The notes beneath the pieces are model-generated. The model was not told where the DNA came from and searched no databases. It worked only from the letters and a program-made list of their open reading frames with translations. The position numbers were made by a program, and so were the translations under genes. A stretch of 64,000 bases of DNA from an uncultured bacterium. GTDB taxonomy: Bacteria; Acidobacteriota; Thermoanaerobaculia; Multivoradales; JAHZIX01. The stretch lies in the NCBI GenBank assembly GCA_965368975.1, contig CBDUPA010000018.1:85999-149998 (forward strand), read 5' to 3'. Below are positions 54,801 to 64,000 of this stretch, piece after piece. How positions within the stretch are numbered: the stretch's first letter is position 1; each line of letters starts with the position of its first letter.

Positions 54801-57800
54801 ATCGAGGCGCAGCTCAACCGGCACCCAGCGGTCCTAGAAAGCATCGTCCAGGTGCGCGGACAGGGCGAACGCGAACGCCTGGTCGCTTACCTGGTGCTGG
54901 CCCACGCTTCCGACGGCTCCAAGAGCGATCTCGATGTCGAGGCGTTGCAGAGCTTTCTGAGCGAGACCCTGCCCTATTACATGGTGCCGGCCTCTTTTGT
55001 CGTGCTCGACGTGCTGCCACTCAACGCCAACGGCAAAGTCGACCGCGCTGCCCTGCCCGACCCGGACACCGCCGAGGGCCTGCAACGCCAGAACTACGTG
55101 GCGCCGCGCTCACCCGCCGAGACCGAGATGGCAGCCATCTGGGGCAAGGCGCTGGGGCTGGAGCAGGTCAGCGTCGAGGCCAACTTCTTCGAGCTCGGTG
55201 GCCACTCGCTGCTGGCAACGCAGGTGACGGCCCAGATCCGCAAGGCCTTCGAGGTCGACCTACCGCTGCGGGCGCTGTTCGACGATCCGACGATCGCGCG
55301 CCTGGTCGAACGCATGCACGAAGGCGAAGATACCTCAATGCCGCCGCTGCGCCGCTACCCGCGTCCCGAGCCGCTGCCGGCGTCCTTCGCCCAGCGCCGT
55401 CTTTGGTTCCTCGACCGCCTGATGCCCGGCAACGCTTTCTACCTGGTGCCCGAGGCCTGGCAGTTGCGCGGACCGCTGGAGGTCTCGCGGCTGGCCCAGG
55501 CTTTCCGCCTGGTGGTCGAACGCCACGAAGTGCTGCGGACGGTGTTCCCAGAGATCGACGGCGAGCCGGCGCAAGACGTCTTGCCGGTCCCCAAGCTCTG
55601 GCCCTTGCCGGCGATCGACCTGTCGAGACTGCGCCACGACCACGGCGACACCGAAGCCGAACGGCTGGCGACGCTGGAACCGACGCGTCCCCTATCGCTG
55701 ACCCGCGACCTGCCGATCCGCACCTTCTTGCTGCGCCAGGCGCCGTGGATGCACACGCTGCTGATCACCCAGCACCACATCGTCACCGACGGCTGGTCGA
55801 TCGGCGTGTTGCACGAAGATCTCGATGTCGCCTACCGCTTCCTGGGTGGCTCCTTGCCCAAAGACAAGAGCAAGGCGCTCCGCCCACTCGACTTGCAATA
55901 CGCCGACTTCACGCTCTGGCAGCGTGACTGGCTGAGCGGTCGTGCGCTCGACGAGCAACTCGATTGGTGGCGCGAACGACTGACCACCGAGGAAGGGCGG
56001 CCGGTACCGACCCTGGAACTGCCGACCGACCGACCGCGGCCGCCCATGCAGCGCTTCCGCGGCGCCTACCTGACGGCCGAGATCCCGGGACCGGTGCGCG
56101 ATCGCATCGACGAGCTGGCGCGGCGCCACAACGGCACGATGTTCATGGCACTGGTCTCCGGCTTCGCGGTGCTGCTGAGCCGCTATAGCGGCCAGACCGA
56201 CTTGCTGATCGGCTCGCCGATCGCCGGCCGTGACCACCAGGAGCTCGACGAGTTGATCGGCTTCTTCGTCAACACGCTGGCGCTGCGCTGCCGGCTGGAG
56301 GGCGACCCCAGCTTCGAAGAGCTGCTCGACCGCGTGCGCGAGAAGGCCCTCGGAGCCTTCAAGCATCAGGACATCCCGTTCGAGAAGCTGGTCGAGGAAC
56401 TGGCCCCCGAACGCGACCTGTCGCGCAACCCGCTGTTCCAGGTCAGTCTGGCCTACCAGAACACACCGGAAGCCGGCTCACACTTGGGACCGCTGGAGAT
56501 TGACACGCTGAAGGTCACCCTCGACACCACGCGCTTCGACCTCGAGATGCACGTGCGCCAGGAGCGCGACGGGCGCTTCAACGCCGATCTCTTCTTCGCT
56601 TCCGACATCTTCGACGCCAGCACGGCCGGCCGCATGGTGCGGCAGTTCGCGCGCCTGCTGGAACGCGCGGCGGCGACGCCGGACGTGCCGATCACCCACC
56701 TATCGATGCTCAGCGACGCCGAGATCCACCAGTTGCACCGCGAATGGAACCACGCCTCACTGCGTGGCACCGATCCGCTGGCCCGGCAGCACGTCGCCCT
56801 CAGTTTCCAAACACAGCTGGAGACGCAGCCCAACGCTATCGCGGTGGTCGAGGACCGCGGCGATGGACCGCACCTGCACCTCAGCTACGACCAGCTCGCT
56901 CGTCGTGCCGGCTGGCTGGCCAACGCCATACGGCGGCGCGCCGGTGAGTTGGGCGTACGCCTGGGGCCGGACGTGCCGGTCGGCGTCTGTCTGCCGCGCG
57001 GTCCCGAGCTGATCGCCACACTCTTGGCGGTGGTCGAGACCGGCGCCGCTTACCTGCCGCTCGACCCCGACTACCCTGCTGCCCGCCTGGCTCACATGGT
57101 CGAGGACAGCGCCGCACCACTGGTGATCCGGCGTACGTCGGCGGACACGGCCCAGCTGCCGACGATCTGGCCACTGCTCGACCTCGACGACGTGCTGGCC
57201 ACGGCGGCACCGGCACCGGCGCACGCGCTCCCCGCGGCACCGCCGGCCTTCACCGACCCGGACCAGTTGCTCTACGTCATGTACACCTCGGGTTCGACCG
57301 GCAGGCCGAAGGGTACCAGCATCCCGCACCGCGCTGTCCAGCGCCTGGTGCGCCACGCTGGCTTCGTACCGCTCGACGCTTCGGACCGCCTGGCCCAGGT
57401 GGCCAACGCCTCCTTCGACGCCGCGACCTTCGAGATCTGGGGTGCCCTGCTCAACGGCGGCTGCGTCGTGGTGCTGCCCAAAGACACCGTGCTGCTTTCC
57501 GAGCGCTTGACCACCGCCCTGGCGGCCCAGCGCGTGAGTGCCATGTTCCTCACCTGCGCCCTGTTCAACCAGATCGCGTCGCAGGCTCCCGAACGGCTCT
57601 CCGGTGTGCGCAACCTGCTGGTCGGCGGCGAGGCCCTGGACCCGGCGTCGATCCGACGCGTGCTCGAATCGGGCTCACCGCCACAGCGGCTGCTCAACGG
57701 CTACGGGCCGACCGAGAACACGACCTTCAGCGTCGTCGAGCACATCACACGGGTGCCCGAGCACGCCGCGACGGTACCGATCGGCCGCCCCCTCGACCGC

Positions 57801-60800
57801 TCGGGCGCCCACGTCGTCGGTCGCCGCGGCAGCCTGCTGCCGCTGGGTGCGGCCGGCGAGCTGTGGGTCAGTGGCGACGGCCTGGCACGCGGGTATCACC
57901 AGCGGCCGGGACTCACCGCCGACCGTTTCGCACCCCACCCGCTGGCCGGCCACGGCGCGGTGCCTGCGGGCGCCCGGGCCTACCGCACCGGCGACCTGGC
58001 GCGCTATCTCGCCGATGGTCGCGTCGACTGCCTCGGCCGCATCGATCGCCAAGTGAAAATTCGCGGCTTCCGCATCGAACTAGGCGAGATCGAGACCGCA
58101 CTCAACGAGCTACCACAGGTCGCGCAAGGCGCAGTGGCCGTCCACGACGACGGCACGGGGGCGGGCAACAAGCGCCTGGTCGCCTACCTGGTGCCGCGCG
58201 AGCACGCCGACACCGACGACCTCGAGGTCAGCACGCTGCGCGCGGCCCTGCAGAAACGCCTGCCCGACTACATGGTGCCGGCCCTCTTCATGCTGCTCGA
58301 CACCATGCCGCTGACCGCCAACGGCAAGCTCGACCGGCAGGCGCTGCCGGCTCCGAGCGAGGAGGGAGCGCTGCTCAGTCAGGCCTACGTGGCACCCGCG
58401 ACGCCGTTGGAAGCACAGCTGGTCGAGATCTGGGAGCAGGTCCTGCGCCTGCCGCGCATCAGCGTCAAGGACGACTTTTTCGACCTGGGCGGCCACTCGC
58501 TGCTGGCCACCCAGTTAGCAGCACGCATCCGCCGTCTGCTCGACGTCGAGCTGCCACTGCAGGATCTGTTCGAGGCACCCACCGTACGCCAGCTGGCGCC
58601 GCGCGTCGAAGCCGCCGGCCGCCGTTCACGGCCCCCCTTGACCGCCTGGCCCCGCCCACTGCCGGAGACGGTGCCGGCATCCTTCGCGCAGCAGCGCATG
58701 TGGTTCCTCGACCGCCTGACACCCGACAACCCCTTCTACCTGGTGCCACTAGCCTGGGAACTACGCGGTGAGCTGGCACCCAAGCGACTGGCCGCGGCAC
58801 TGACGGCCCTGGTCGAGCGCCACGAAGTGCTGCGCACCGAGTTCCCGGCGGTCGGCGGCGAGCCGGCCCAGCGCGTCCGGCCACCGCACCGCTGCGAGTT
58901 GCCCGCGATCGACCTGAGTGGCCTACCGGCCTCGGTGGCCGAATGTGAGATCGCGCGCTTGTCGGAGCGTGAAGCGCTACGCCCCTTGGCCTTGCTCGAC
59001 GCCCCGCCGCTGCGCACCTGCCTGCTGCGTCTGCATGACGAGCGGCACACGCTGCTCCTGACGCAGCACCACATCGCCACCGACGGCTGGTCGGTCGGCA
59101 TCCTGAGCCGCGACCTCGGCGCTCTCTACGAGGGACACACGCTGCCGCCACTGGCCGTGCAATACGCCGACTTCGCGCTCTGGCAACGCAGTTGGCTGCA
59201 AGGCGCCGCGCTCGAACAGCAGATCAGCTGGTGGCGCCGAACCCTCACCGTCGACGGTCATCAGCTACCGCGCCAGATGGAGCTACCCACCGATCGACCG
59301 CGGCCACCGATTCCGCGCTTCCGTGGCGCTCACCTGGGCTTCCACATCGGCGCCGACCTGCACGAGACCCTGCGTCGACTCGGTCAGAGCGAAGGCGGTG
59401 CGACACCGTTCATGGTCCTGCTCGCCGGCTTCGGTGCCACCCTCGGCCGCCTGGCGGGTCAAGATGACCTGATTCTCGGTTCACCGATCGCCGGCCGTGA
59501 CCAGGCAGAGCTCGAAGAGCTGATCGGCTTCTTCGTCAACACCCTGTCTCTCCGTTGCCGCCTGCGCGCGAACGATGGCAGCGCGCTCAGCTTCCGGCAG
59601 CTGGTCCGGCAGCTGCGCGAGACGGCGCTGGGGGCCTATAGCCACCAAGACCTGCCTTTCGAGAAACTGGTCGAAGAGCTGGCCCCGGAGCGTGACCTGT
59701 CGCGCAACCCATTGTTCCAGGTCAGCTTCGCACTGCAGAACGCCCCCACCGCCGGCAGCCAGCTGACCACCGGGCTGCAGCTCCACAGCCTGCCGGTCGA
59801 GCTGCACAGCACCCACTTCGATCTCGAAATCCACTTGCAGAACAGCCCCGAGGGCGCCCTCATGGGCTCGGTCGCCTACGACGCCGACCTCTTCGACCAC
59901 ACCACCATCAACCGCCTACTGCGCGACTATCTGCGCCTGCTGATAGCGGTTGGCGTCCAGCCGGAAGAGCCGCTATCGCGGCTGCCGTGGTTCGACGCCG
60001 CCCAGCGTCACCAGCTGTGCCTGGAATGGGCACAGAGCCCGCCGCTGGCGGACGATGCCGACCAGGAACAGAGCGTCGGCGTACGCTTCCGGCTGCAGGC
60101 CGACCGCGCGCCCGACGCCATCGCCATCGTCGAGAATCGCGACGAGGCGGGCGGCGACCTGCACCTGAGTTACCGTGAGCTCGATCGCCGCGCCCGCCAT
60201 GTGGCGCACGCGCTGCGTCAGCGTGCGACCGAAGCCAGTGTCGCCCTGGGTGCGGATGTCGCGGTCGGCGTCTGCCTGCCGCGTAGCGCCGACCTCTTGG
60301 CCGCCTTCCTGGGCGTCGTCGAAACCGGCGCTGCCTACTTGCCGCTCGACCCCGACTACCCGGCCGCTCGACTGGCCGACATGGTCGGCGACTCCTGCAT
60401 GGCTTTGGCTCTGCATCGCGGCGCCGCTGGCGGTGCGCAGTTGCCGGCCGTCCTGCCGGCGCTCGATCTCGACACCGTGCTGGGCGCCGGCCGCGCAGCG
60501 CCCACGCCTGCACCCCCGCGCCGCGAGCTGACCAGCAGCGCCGACGACCTGCTCTACATCATGTACACCTCGGGCTCCACCGGCCGTCCCAAGGGCACAG
60601 GGATCCCGCACCGCGCCGTGCGGCGCCTGGTACGTCACGCCAGCTTCGCCCCCCTGGGCCCGGACGACCGGCTGGCGCAGGTCGCCAACGCATCCTTCGA
60701 TGCCGCCACGCTGGAGATCTGGGGGGCACTGCTCAACGGCGGCTGCGTCGTCGTGATACCCCGCGAAACGGTGCTGGCGTCCGAAGAGCTGGTCCGCACC

Positions 60801-62117
60801 CTGGGCGCCCAGCGCATCACTACCATGTTCCTCACCTGCTCGCTGTTCAACCAGATCTCGGCACGCGAGCCGGGAAGCCTCAGCGGCTTGAAGCACCTGC
60901 TGGTCGGTGGCGAAGCGCTCGACCCGGCCTCGATCCGCCGGGTCCTCGAGAGCGGCTCTCCACCGCTACGACTGCTCAACGGCTATGGTCCTACCGAGAA
61001 CACCACCTTTAGTGTCGTCGAGCACATCACTCACGTGCCGACCGACGCGCGTAGCGTGCCCATCGGACGCCCGCTGTCGCGCTCCAGCGCCTACGTGCTC
61101 GACCCGCGCTTCTTCAGCCTGCGGCCGGTCGGCGCCATCGGCGAGCTGTGCGTCGGCGGCGACGGCGTGGCGCGTGGCTACCACCGGCGTCCGGGCCTGA
61201 CCGCCGACCGCTTCATCCCCCACCCGTTCGCCGGTCAACTCGGCCCCGACGGCCAGCCCGTCGCGGCCGGCGCTCGCCTCTATCGCACCGGCGACCTGGC
61301 ACGCGTGCTGGCCGACGGCCGCATCGACTGCCTGGGCCGCATCGACCGGCAGGTCAAGATCCGCGGCTTCCGCATCGAGCCGGGCGAGGTCGAGGCGGCG
61401 CTCAGCGAGCTGCCACAGATCGCCCAGGGCGCCGTGCTGGTTCTCGACGATCCGGCGGCCTCCGCCGCCCAAGGCAAGAAGGTCAAGCGCCTGGTCGCCT
61501 ACTTCGTGCCCGCGGACGACGCCGCTGAGGACGACCTCACCGTCAGTGCACTGCGCCTCGGCTTGCAAGGCACCCTACCCGACTACATGACCCCGTCCGC
61601 CTTTGTACGCCTCGAGCGCATGCCGCTGACCCCCAACGGCAAGCTCGACCACAAGGCCTTGCCAGCCCCCGAAGAGGGCGAACTGGCCGCCGTCGGTGCC
61701 ACCTATGTGGCGCCGACCGGAGTGCTGCAAAAGCAGGTGGCCGAGGTCTGGCAACTGGTCCTGGGCGTCGAGCAGACCGGCATTCACGACAACTTCTTCG
61801 ACCTCGGCGGTACGTCCTTGCTGATGGCGCGCTTGCAGAGCCGGTTGCAGGACATCCTGGGGCGACCGCTGACCATCGTCAAACTGTTCGAGCATCCGAC
61901 CATTCACAGCCTGTGCCAGTACCTGCAGAGCTTGGACGGCGACAACGGCGCAGCCCAGCCACGGGAAAGCGTGCAGGAAGTCCGCCGCGGCGTCGACGAG
62001 CGGCGCCAGCAGAGGCAACAACAACGGCAGAAGCAACGAGAGCGCATGCGCCGCCTGCAGGGAGGTGGCCCGGACGGCGGCACACGGCCGCGCTTCGGCC
62101 CCGGGAACCGTTCATGA
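51891..62117 (+). CDS. Three-module NRPS (C-A-T)x3, no E or TE domain
   Basis: Three HHxxxDGWS, three YTSGSTGxPKG, and three T-domain motifs (GGHSLL, GGHSLL, GGTSLL); GGAGGGGAG RBS before ATG 51891. Confidence 0.95.
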   Translation: MKVKDLYKRIASLAPEQRALLSRRLEGHDEVALPGEGPEPPIQHSADGEILAPLSLMQERLWVLDEMEPGNLAFSLPIMSYAIEGKFYRRAMERAFTLLEERHDSLRTTFRNIDGTGYQVIHPPRQRVPMPIIDFAALDDDTSYATWMKIAERAGRIPFDLRNGPVWRCFLFRAAPDQHVLIILMHHIISDGWSMGVMYKDLTAAYGALSTSASADGSEVSLPPLRFQYREFARWQRERFRGERLQKELDFWRQEVAGAPMVLELPTDRPRPAKQTFVGFRETRRFPGALIDKIHQRMSAENATNFIFMLAVWNLLLFRHSGRRELLTGSPMAGRKLPGTEDLIGFFVNTLVFRASLHPRMSFSELVQQLRNRVMQVYEHHEMPFHVLVKELQPHRDPSYPPLVQAMFTVQNIPTPNLELGDSRVTSRHVQNHASQVDVILFIGEDEDKRVSYAHLEYNTDLFDQVSMIRWFRQYELLAEAVADAPDTALADFELLPPSQRHQLLVEWGHERRLQPRARLLHQLGTPWAEHTPDAVAVVLGDPGGSASAVLTYGELYRRAGRLAHLLQTRDLGAEDLVGVYLDRRLHVPVALLGVLHAGAAYLPLDPTHPHGRLELLLRDAGVKLLITERSRQDDLQLPEGLEILCLDAPEVEQQLNSATSPLPATPPPCRADPANLAYLIYTSGSTGKPKGVLIQHQHVTRMLRAVEEWFDFSAADAWSVFHSFAFDFTVWELWGALAFGGRAVIVPYKVSRSPEAFYALIRNTRITVINQTPSAFRQLIPAEASVDPSGRTPLRHVMIGGEALELQTLRPWIARHPVRPRLYNIYGITETTVFLTRRPLRTREITAGGVGLLGWPMVDVPQYVVDPFLRLSPAGIPGELCVGGPSNARGYQGQPAMTAGRFVPDPFTPTWRSPSVGGDGRRLFSTGAAGERMYRSGDLVRRCHDGDLEYLGRIDHQVQLRGFRVELGEIEAQLNRHPAVLESIVQVRGQGERERLVAYLVLAHASDGSKSDLDVEALQSFLSETLPYYMVPASFVVLDVLPLNANGKVDRAALPDPDTAEGLQRQNYVAPRSPAETEMAAIWGKALGLEQVSVEANFFELGGHSLLATQVTAQIRKAFEVDLPLRALFDDPTIARLVERMHEGEDTSMPPLRRYPRPEPLPASFAQRRLWFLDRLMPGNAFYLVPEAWQLRGPLEVSRLAQAFRLVVERHEVLRTVFPEIDGEPAQDVLPVPKLWPLPAIDLSRLRHDHGDTEAERLATLEPTRPLSLTRDLPIRTFLLRQAPWMHTLLITQHHIVTDGWSIGVLHEDLDVAYRFLGGSLPKDKSKALRPLDLQYADFTLWQRDWLSGRALDEQLDWWRERLTTEEGRPVPTLELPTDRPRPPMQRFRGAYLTAEIPGPVRDRIDELARRHNGTMFMALVSGFAVLLSRYSGQTDLLIGSPIAGRDHQELDELIGFFVNTLALRCRLEGDPSFEELLDRVREKALGAFKHQDIPFEKLVEELAPERDLSRNPLFQVSLAYQNTPEAGSHLGPLEIDTLKVTLDTTRFDLEMHVRQERDGRFNADLFFASDIFDASTAGRMVRQFARLLERAAATPDVPITHLSMLSDAEIHQLHREWNHASLRGTDPLARQHVALSFQTQLETQPNAIAVVEDRGDGPHLHLSYDQLARRAGWLANAIRRRAGELGVRLGPDVPVGVCLPRGPELIATLLAVVETGAAYLPLDPDYPAARLAHMVEDSAAPLVIRRTSADTAQLPTIWPLLDLDDVLATAAPAPAHALPAAPPAFTDPDQLLYVMYTSGSTGRPKGTSIPHRAVQRLVRHAGFVPLDASDRLAQVANASFDAATFEIWGALLNGGCVVVLPKDTVLLSERLTTALAAQRVSAMFLTCALFNQIASQAPERLSGVRNLLVGGEALDPASIRRVLESGSPPQRLLNGYGPTENTTFSVVEHITRVPEHAATVPIGRPLDRSGAHVVGRRGSLLPLGAAGELWVSGDGLARGYHQRPGLTADRFAPHPLAGHGAVPAGARAYRTGDLARYLADGRVDCLGRIDRQVKIRGFRIELGEIETALNELPQVAQGAVAVHDDGTGAGNKRLVAYLVPREHADTDDLEVSTLRAALQKRLPDYMVPALFMLLDTMPLTANGKLDRQALPAPSEEGALLSQAYVAPATPLEAQLVEIWEQVLRLPRISVKDDFFDLGGHSLLATQLAARIRRLLDVELPLQDLFEAPTVRQLAPRVEAAGRRSRPPLTAWPRPLPETVPASFAQQRMWFLDRLTPDNPFYLVPLAWELRGELAPKRLAAALTALVERHEVLRTEFPAVGGEPAQRVRPPHRCELPAIDLSGLPASVAECEIARLSEREALRPLALLDAPPLRTCLLRLHDERHTLLLTQHHIATDGWSVGILSRDLGALYEGHTLPPLAVQYADFALWQRSWLQGAALEQQISWWRRTLTVDGHQLPRQMELPTDRPRPPIPRFRGAHLGFHIGADLHETLRRLGQSEGGATPFMVLLAGFGATLGRLAGQDDLILGSPIAGRDQAELEELIGFFVNTLSLRCRLRANDGSALSFRQLVRQLRETALGAYSHQDLPFEKLVEELAPERDLSRNPLFQVSFALQNAPTAGSQLTTGLQLHSLPVELHSTHFDLEIHLQNSPEGALMGSVAYDADLFDHTTINRLLRDYLRLLIAVGVQPEEPLSRLPWFDAAQRHQLCLEWAQSPPLADDADQEQSVGVRFRLQADRAPDAIAIVENRDEAGGDLHLSYRELDRRARHVAHALRQRATEASVALGADVAVGVCLPRSADLLAAFLGVVETGAAYLPLDPDYPAARLADMVGDSCMALALHRGAAGGAQLPAVLPALDLDTVLGAGRAAPTPAPPRRELTSSADDLLYIMYTSGSTGRPKGTGIPHRAVRRLVRHASFAPLGPDDRLAQVANASFDAATLEIWGALLNGGCVVVIPRETVLASEELVRTLGAQRITTMFLTCSLFNQISAREPGSLSGLKHLLVGGEALDPASIRRVLESGSPPLRLLNGYGPTENTTFSVVEHITHVPTDARSVPIGRPLSRSSAYVLDPRFFSLRPVGAIGELCVGGDGVARGYHRRPGLTADRFIPHPFAGQLGPDGQPVAAGARLYRTGDLARVLADGRIDCLGRIDRQVKIRGFRIEPGEVEAALSELPQIAQGAVLVLDDPAASAAQGKKVKRLVAYFVPADDAAEDDLTVSALRLGLQGTLPDYMTPSAFVRLERMPLTPNGKLDHKALPAPEEGELAAVGATYVAPTGVLQKQVAEVWQLVLGVEQTGIHDNFFDLGGTSLLMARLQSRLQDILGRPLTIVKLFEHPTIHSLCQYLQSLDGDNGAAQPRESVQEVRRGVDERRQQRQQQRQKQRERMRRLQGGGPDGGTRPRFGPGNRS

Positions 62118-63979
62118 GCGTCAGGGACCTGTACAAGCGGATCGCCTCGCTGACGCCGGAGCAGCGAGCGCTGCTCGAACGCAAGCGCGAACGGCAAGAG
62201 AGCGAGAGCAGCCGGGCGACCCCTCGCCCCGGCGGGGCGCACCCCCTGGAAGGGCGGATACCCGGGCCTCGGGCCTCGACACCGACCCCCGAGGAAATTG
62301 GCCCGGACGGCAAGATCCTGGCACCGCTGTCGCTGATGCAGCAGCGGCTGTGGCTACTGGATCAACTGGAGCCGGGCAACCTCGCCTTCAGTCTACCCAT
62401 TCTCGCCTTCAAGGTCGTCGGCCGCCCCAACCTGCGCGCGCTGCAGGAGGTCTTCACCGCCATCGAGACCCGCCACGAATCCCTGCGCACCACCTTCCGT
62501 AACGTCGATGGCCAGGGTCGCCAAGTCATCCATCCACCGCGGCGTTGGATGCCCTTGCCAGTGATCGACATCAGTGGCATGCCGATCCATATGCACCAGG
62601 GGCTCACCCAGGCGCTGGCGATCCACGACGGGCGCACTCCCTTCGATCTGGTCCACGACCGCCTGTGGCGGGCGACGCTGCTGCGCCTGAGCCCGCACTA
62701 CTTCGTGCTCGTGGTGATCATGCACCACATCATTTCGGACGGCTGGTCGATGGGCGTGATCTACCGCGAGATCAACAGCCTCTACTATGCCTTCGCCGAC
62801 GGCCAGTCATCGCCGCTGGAACCGCTGCATTTCCAGTACCGGGACTTTGCACGCTGGCAGTCCGAGCGCTTCCGCGACGATCGGCTGCAGCGCGAAATCG
62901 ACTTCTGGAAAGACCAGCTGACCGGCGCCGAGCTGGTGCTCGAGTTGCCAACGGACCGACCGCGGCCAGCACAGCAGACCTACAGCGGCTACCGTGAGTT
63001 CCTCGACTTCAAGCCGCCGCTGATCGACGCGCTGGAAGCGCGTCACAACGCCGAGGGCGTCACCGGCTTCATTTTCATGCTCGGCGTCTGGAGCACCCTC
63101 TTGTTCCGGCTTACCGGCCAGCGCGACATTCTTTCCGGTTCACCGATCGCTGGTCGCCACCTGCCGGGCACCGAAGACCTGGTCGGCTTCTTCGTCAACA
63201 CGCTGGTCTTCCGGGCCCACCTCCAACCCGACCTCACCTTCCGCCAGTTACTGGCCGAGCTGCGCGAACGCGTGATGCAGGTCTACGAGCACAACGAGCT
63301 GCCCTTCGATCTGCTGGTCAAGGAAGTCCAGCCCAAGCGCGACCCGTCCTACCCGCCGATCTTTCAGGTGATGTTCACGGTGCAGAACATCCCGATCCCG
63401 CCGCTGCAGCTGCGTGAAACCAAGGTCGAGCAACTGTTCGTCCAGAACCACACCTCGCAGGTCGACCTGATCCTCTTCGCTGGCCTCGGTGATGAGCCTG
63501 AGACCAGCAAGCAGGTGTGCTATGCGCACCTGGAGTACAACACAGACCTGTTCGACGCTACGACCATGCGTCGCTGGCTGGGCTACCTGGAGACCGTCAC
63601 CGAGGCGGTGGTTGCCGACCCGAACCTGCGCCTGCGCGAGATCCCGCTGCTGCCACGGCGCGAGCGCCATCAGCTACTCGTCGAGTGGGGCCACCGCCGG
63701 GACGTGCAACCGCGTGCCGCTCGGCTGCACGAGCTGGGGCAACCGTGGGCCACGTCGACGCCCGACGCCATCGCCCTGGTGCTGCCCAGCCACCACGCGG
63801 ACGGCCGTGCCGACGCCCTGCTGAGCTATGGCGAGCTCTACCGCCGTGCCCGGCGTCTCGGTGCTCTGCTGCGGCAGCGTGGGCGAACAATGAGGGCCGA
63901 GTACGCAGCGTCTGCATTGAACCAAAATGCCCATTGCCAAGATTCGGCTTGTAGTGCCATGAATCGTTTTGCTTGGTGA
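62114..63979 (+). CDS. Second NRPS: C domain plus start of an A domain, truncated at about 63883
   Basis: ATGA overlap with the first NRPS; HHIISDGWS; A1 motif [10 protein letters not shown]; NRPS similarity is lost after LRQRG and the frame stops at 63979. Confidence 0.85.
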   Translation: MSVRDLYKRIASLTPEQRALLERKRERQESESSRATPRPGGAHPLEGRIPGPRASTPTPEEIGPDGKILAPLSLMQQRLWLLDQLEPGNLAFSLPILAFKVVGRPNLRALQEVFTAIETRHESLRTTFRNVDGQGRQVIHPPRRWMPLPVIDISGMPIHMHQGLTQALAIHDGRTPFDLVHDRLWRATLLRLSPHYFVLVVIMHHIISDGWSMGVIYREINSLYYAFADGQSSPLEPLHFQYRDFARWQSERFRDDRLQREIDFWKDQLTGAELVLELPTDRPRPAQQTYSGYREFLDFKPPLIDALEARHNAEGVTGFIFMLGVWSTLLFRLTGQRDILSGSPIAGRHLPGTEDLVGFFVNTLVFRAHLQPDLTFRQLLAELRERVMQVYEHNELPFDLLVKEVQPKRDPSYPPIFQVMFTVQNIPIPPLQLRETKVEQLFVQNHTSQVDLILFAGLGDEPETSKQVCYAHLEYNTDLFDATTMRRWLGYLETVTEAVVADPNLRLREIPLLPRRERHQLLVEWGHRRDVQPRAARLHELGQPWATSTPDAIALVLPSHHADGRADALLSYGELYRRARRLGALLRQRGRTMRAEYAASALNQNAHCQDSACSAMNRFAW

Positions 63980-64000
63980 GGATGCCGGAGAGACCTTCAC
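63880..64000 (-). other. Lower-GC coding fragment resembling a Tc toxin B-subunit (TcdB/TcaC/SpvB-type) repeat region
   Basis: Minus frame from 63998 reads [37 protein letters not shown], matching my recollection of the TcB motif [22 protein letters not shown]. Confidence 0.55.

Noticed and set aside
2542-62113. Long N-terminal extensions in the ORF track (asd from 2542, thrC from 4806, ThDP enzyme from 10500, 12461-ORF from 14224, folE from 48721, NRPS from 51771 and 61913)
   Set aside because: They overlap neighbouring genes or promoters; downstream starts have an RBS or stop-start overlap and match family N-termini.
785-63917. Numerous long antisense or alternate-frame ORFs (e.g. 2980..4338, 8434..9846, 18657..20321, 32260..33678, 50207..51628)
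   Set aside because: Typical stop-poor shadows of real genes in high-GC DNA; Arg/Pro/Ala-rich or reverse-codon composition with no motifs.
63875-64000. Group II intron or IS element inserted in NRPS2
   Set aside because: No GTGCG 5' end, no domain V and no recognisable terminal inverted repeat; the sequence instead translates as an internal protein fragment on the minus strand.

Overview
GC-rich bacterial chromosomal segment, probably Acidobacteriota (inferred from the acidobacterial-type VWA protein, GWxTD protein, TMTC-like TPR protein and Hanks kinases; no search was run). Housekeeping content: thrA-asd-thrB-thrC, a coupled pruA-thioesterase-ThDP enzyme-murJ operon, hpt, ridA, a CPA2 antiporter, cyclophilin, a RelE/ParE toxin-antitoxin pair, panB-panE-panC-panD, fabH, folE and queD. 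The last 14 kb is an NRPS cluster: a stand-alone C domain, a 3-module NRPS, and a second NRPS that breaks off. The best observations are absent or mis-started in the ORF track. (1) Two small Cys/Ser/Thr-rich peptide genes (30012-30221 +, 31886-32041 -) share an ungapped RKLxLHxETL...LRxAxG leader. They convergently bracket a membrane protein and an alpha/beta-hydrolase lipoprotein, with no modifying enzyme nearby: a candidate orphan RiPP or peptide system. (2) A SelW/Rdx-family selenoprotein with CxxU and a SECIS-like hairpin lies at 48705-48947. (3) A structured candidate ncRNA between thrC and murJ is bounded by a promoter and a terminator. (4) RmuC is fused in frame to a sulfatase-like lipoprotein. 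(5) At about 63880 the second NRPS joins abruptly to a lower-GC fragment resembling a Tc-toxin B subunit on the opposite strand, possibly an assembly chimera. All family names come from motif recognition by eye.
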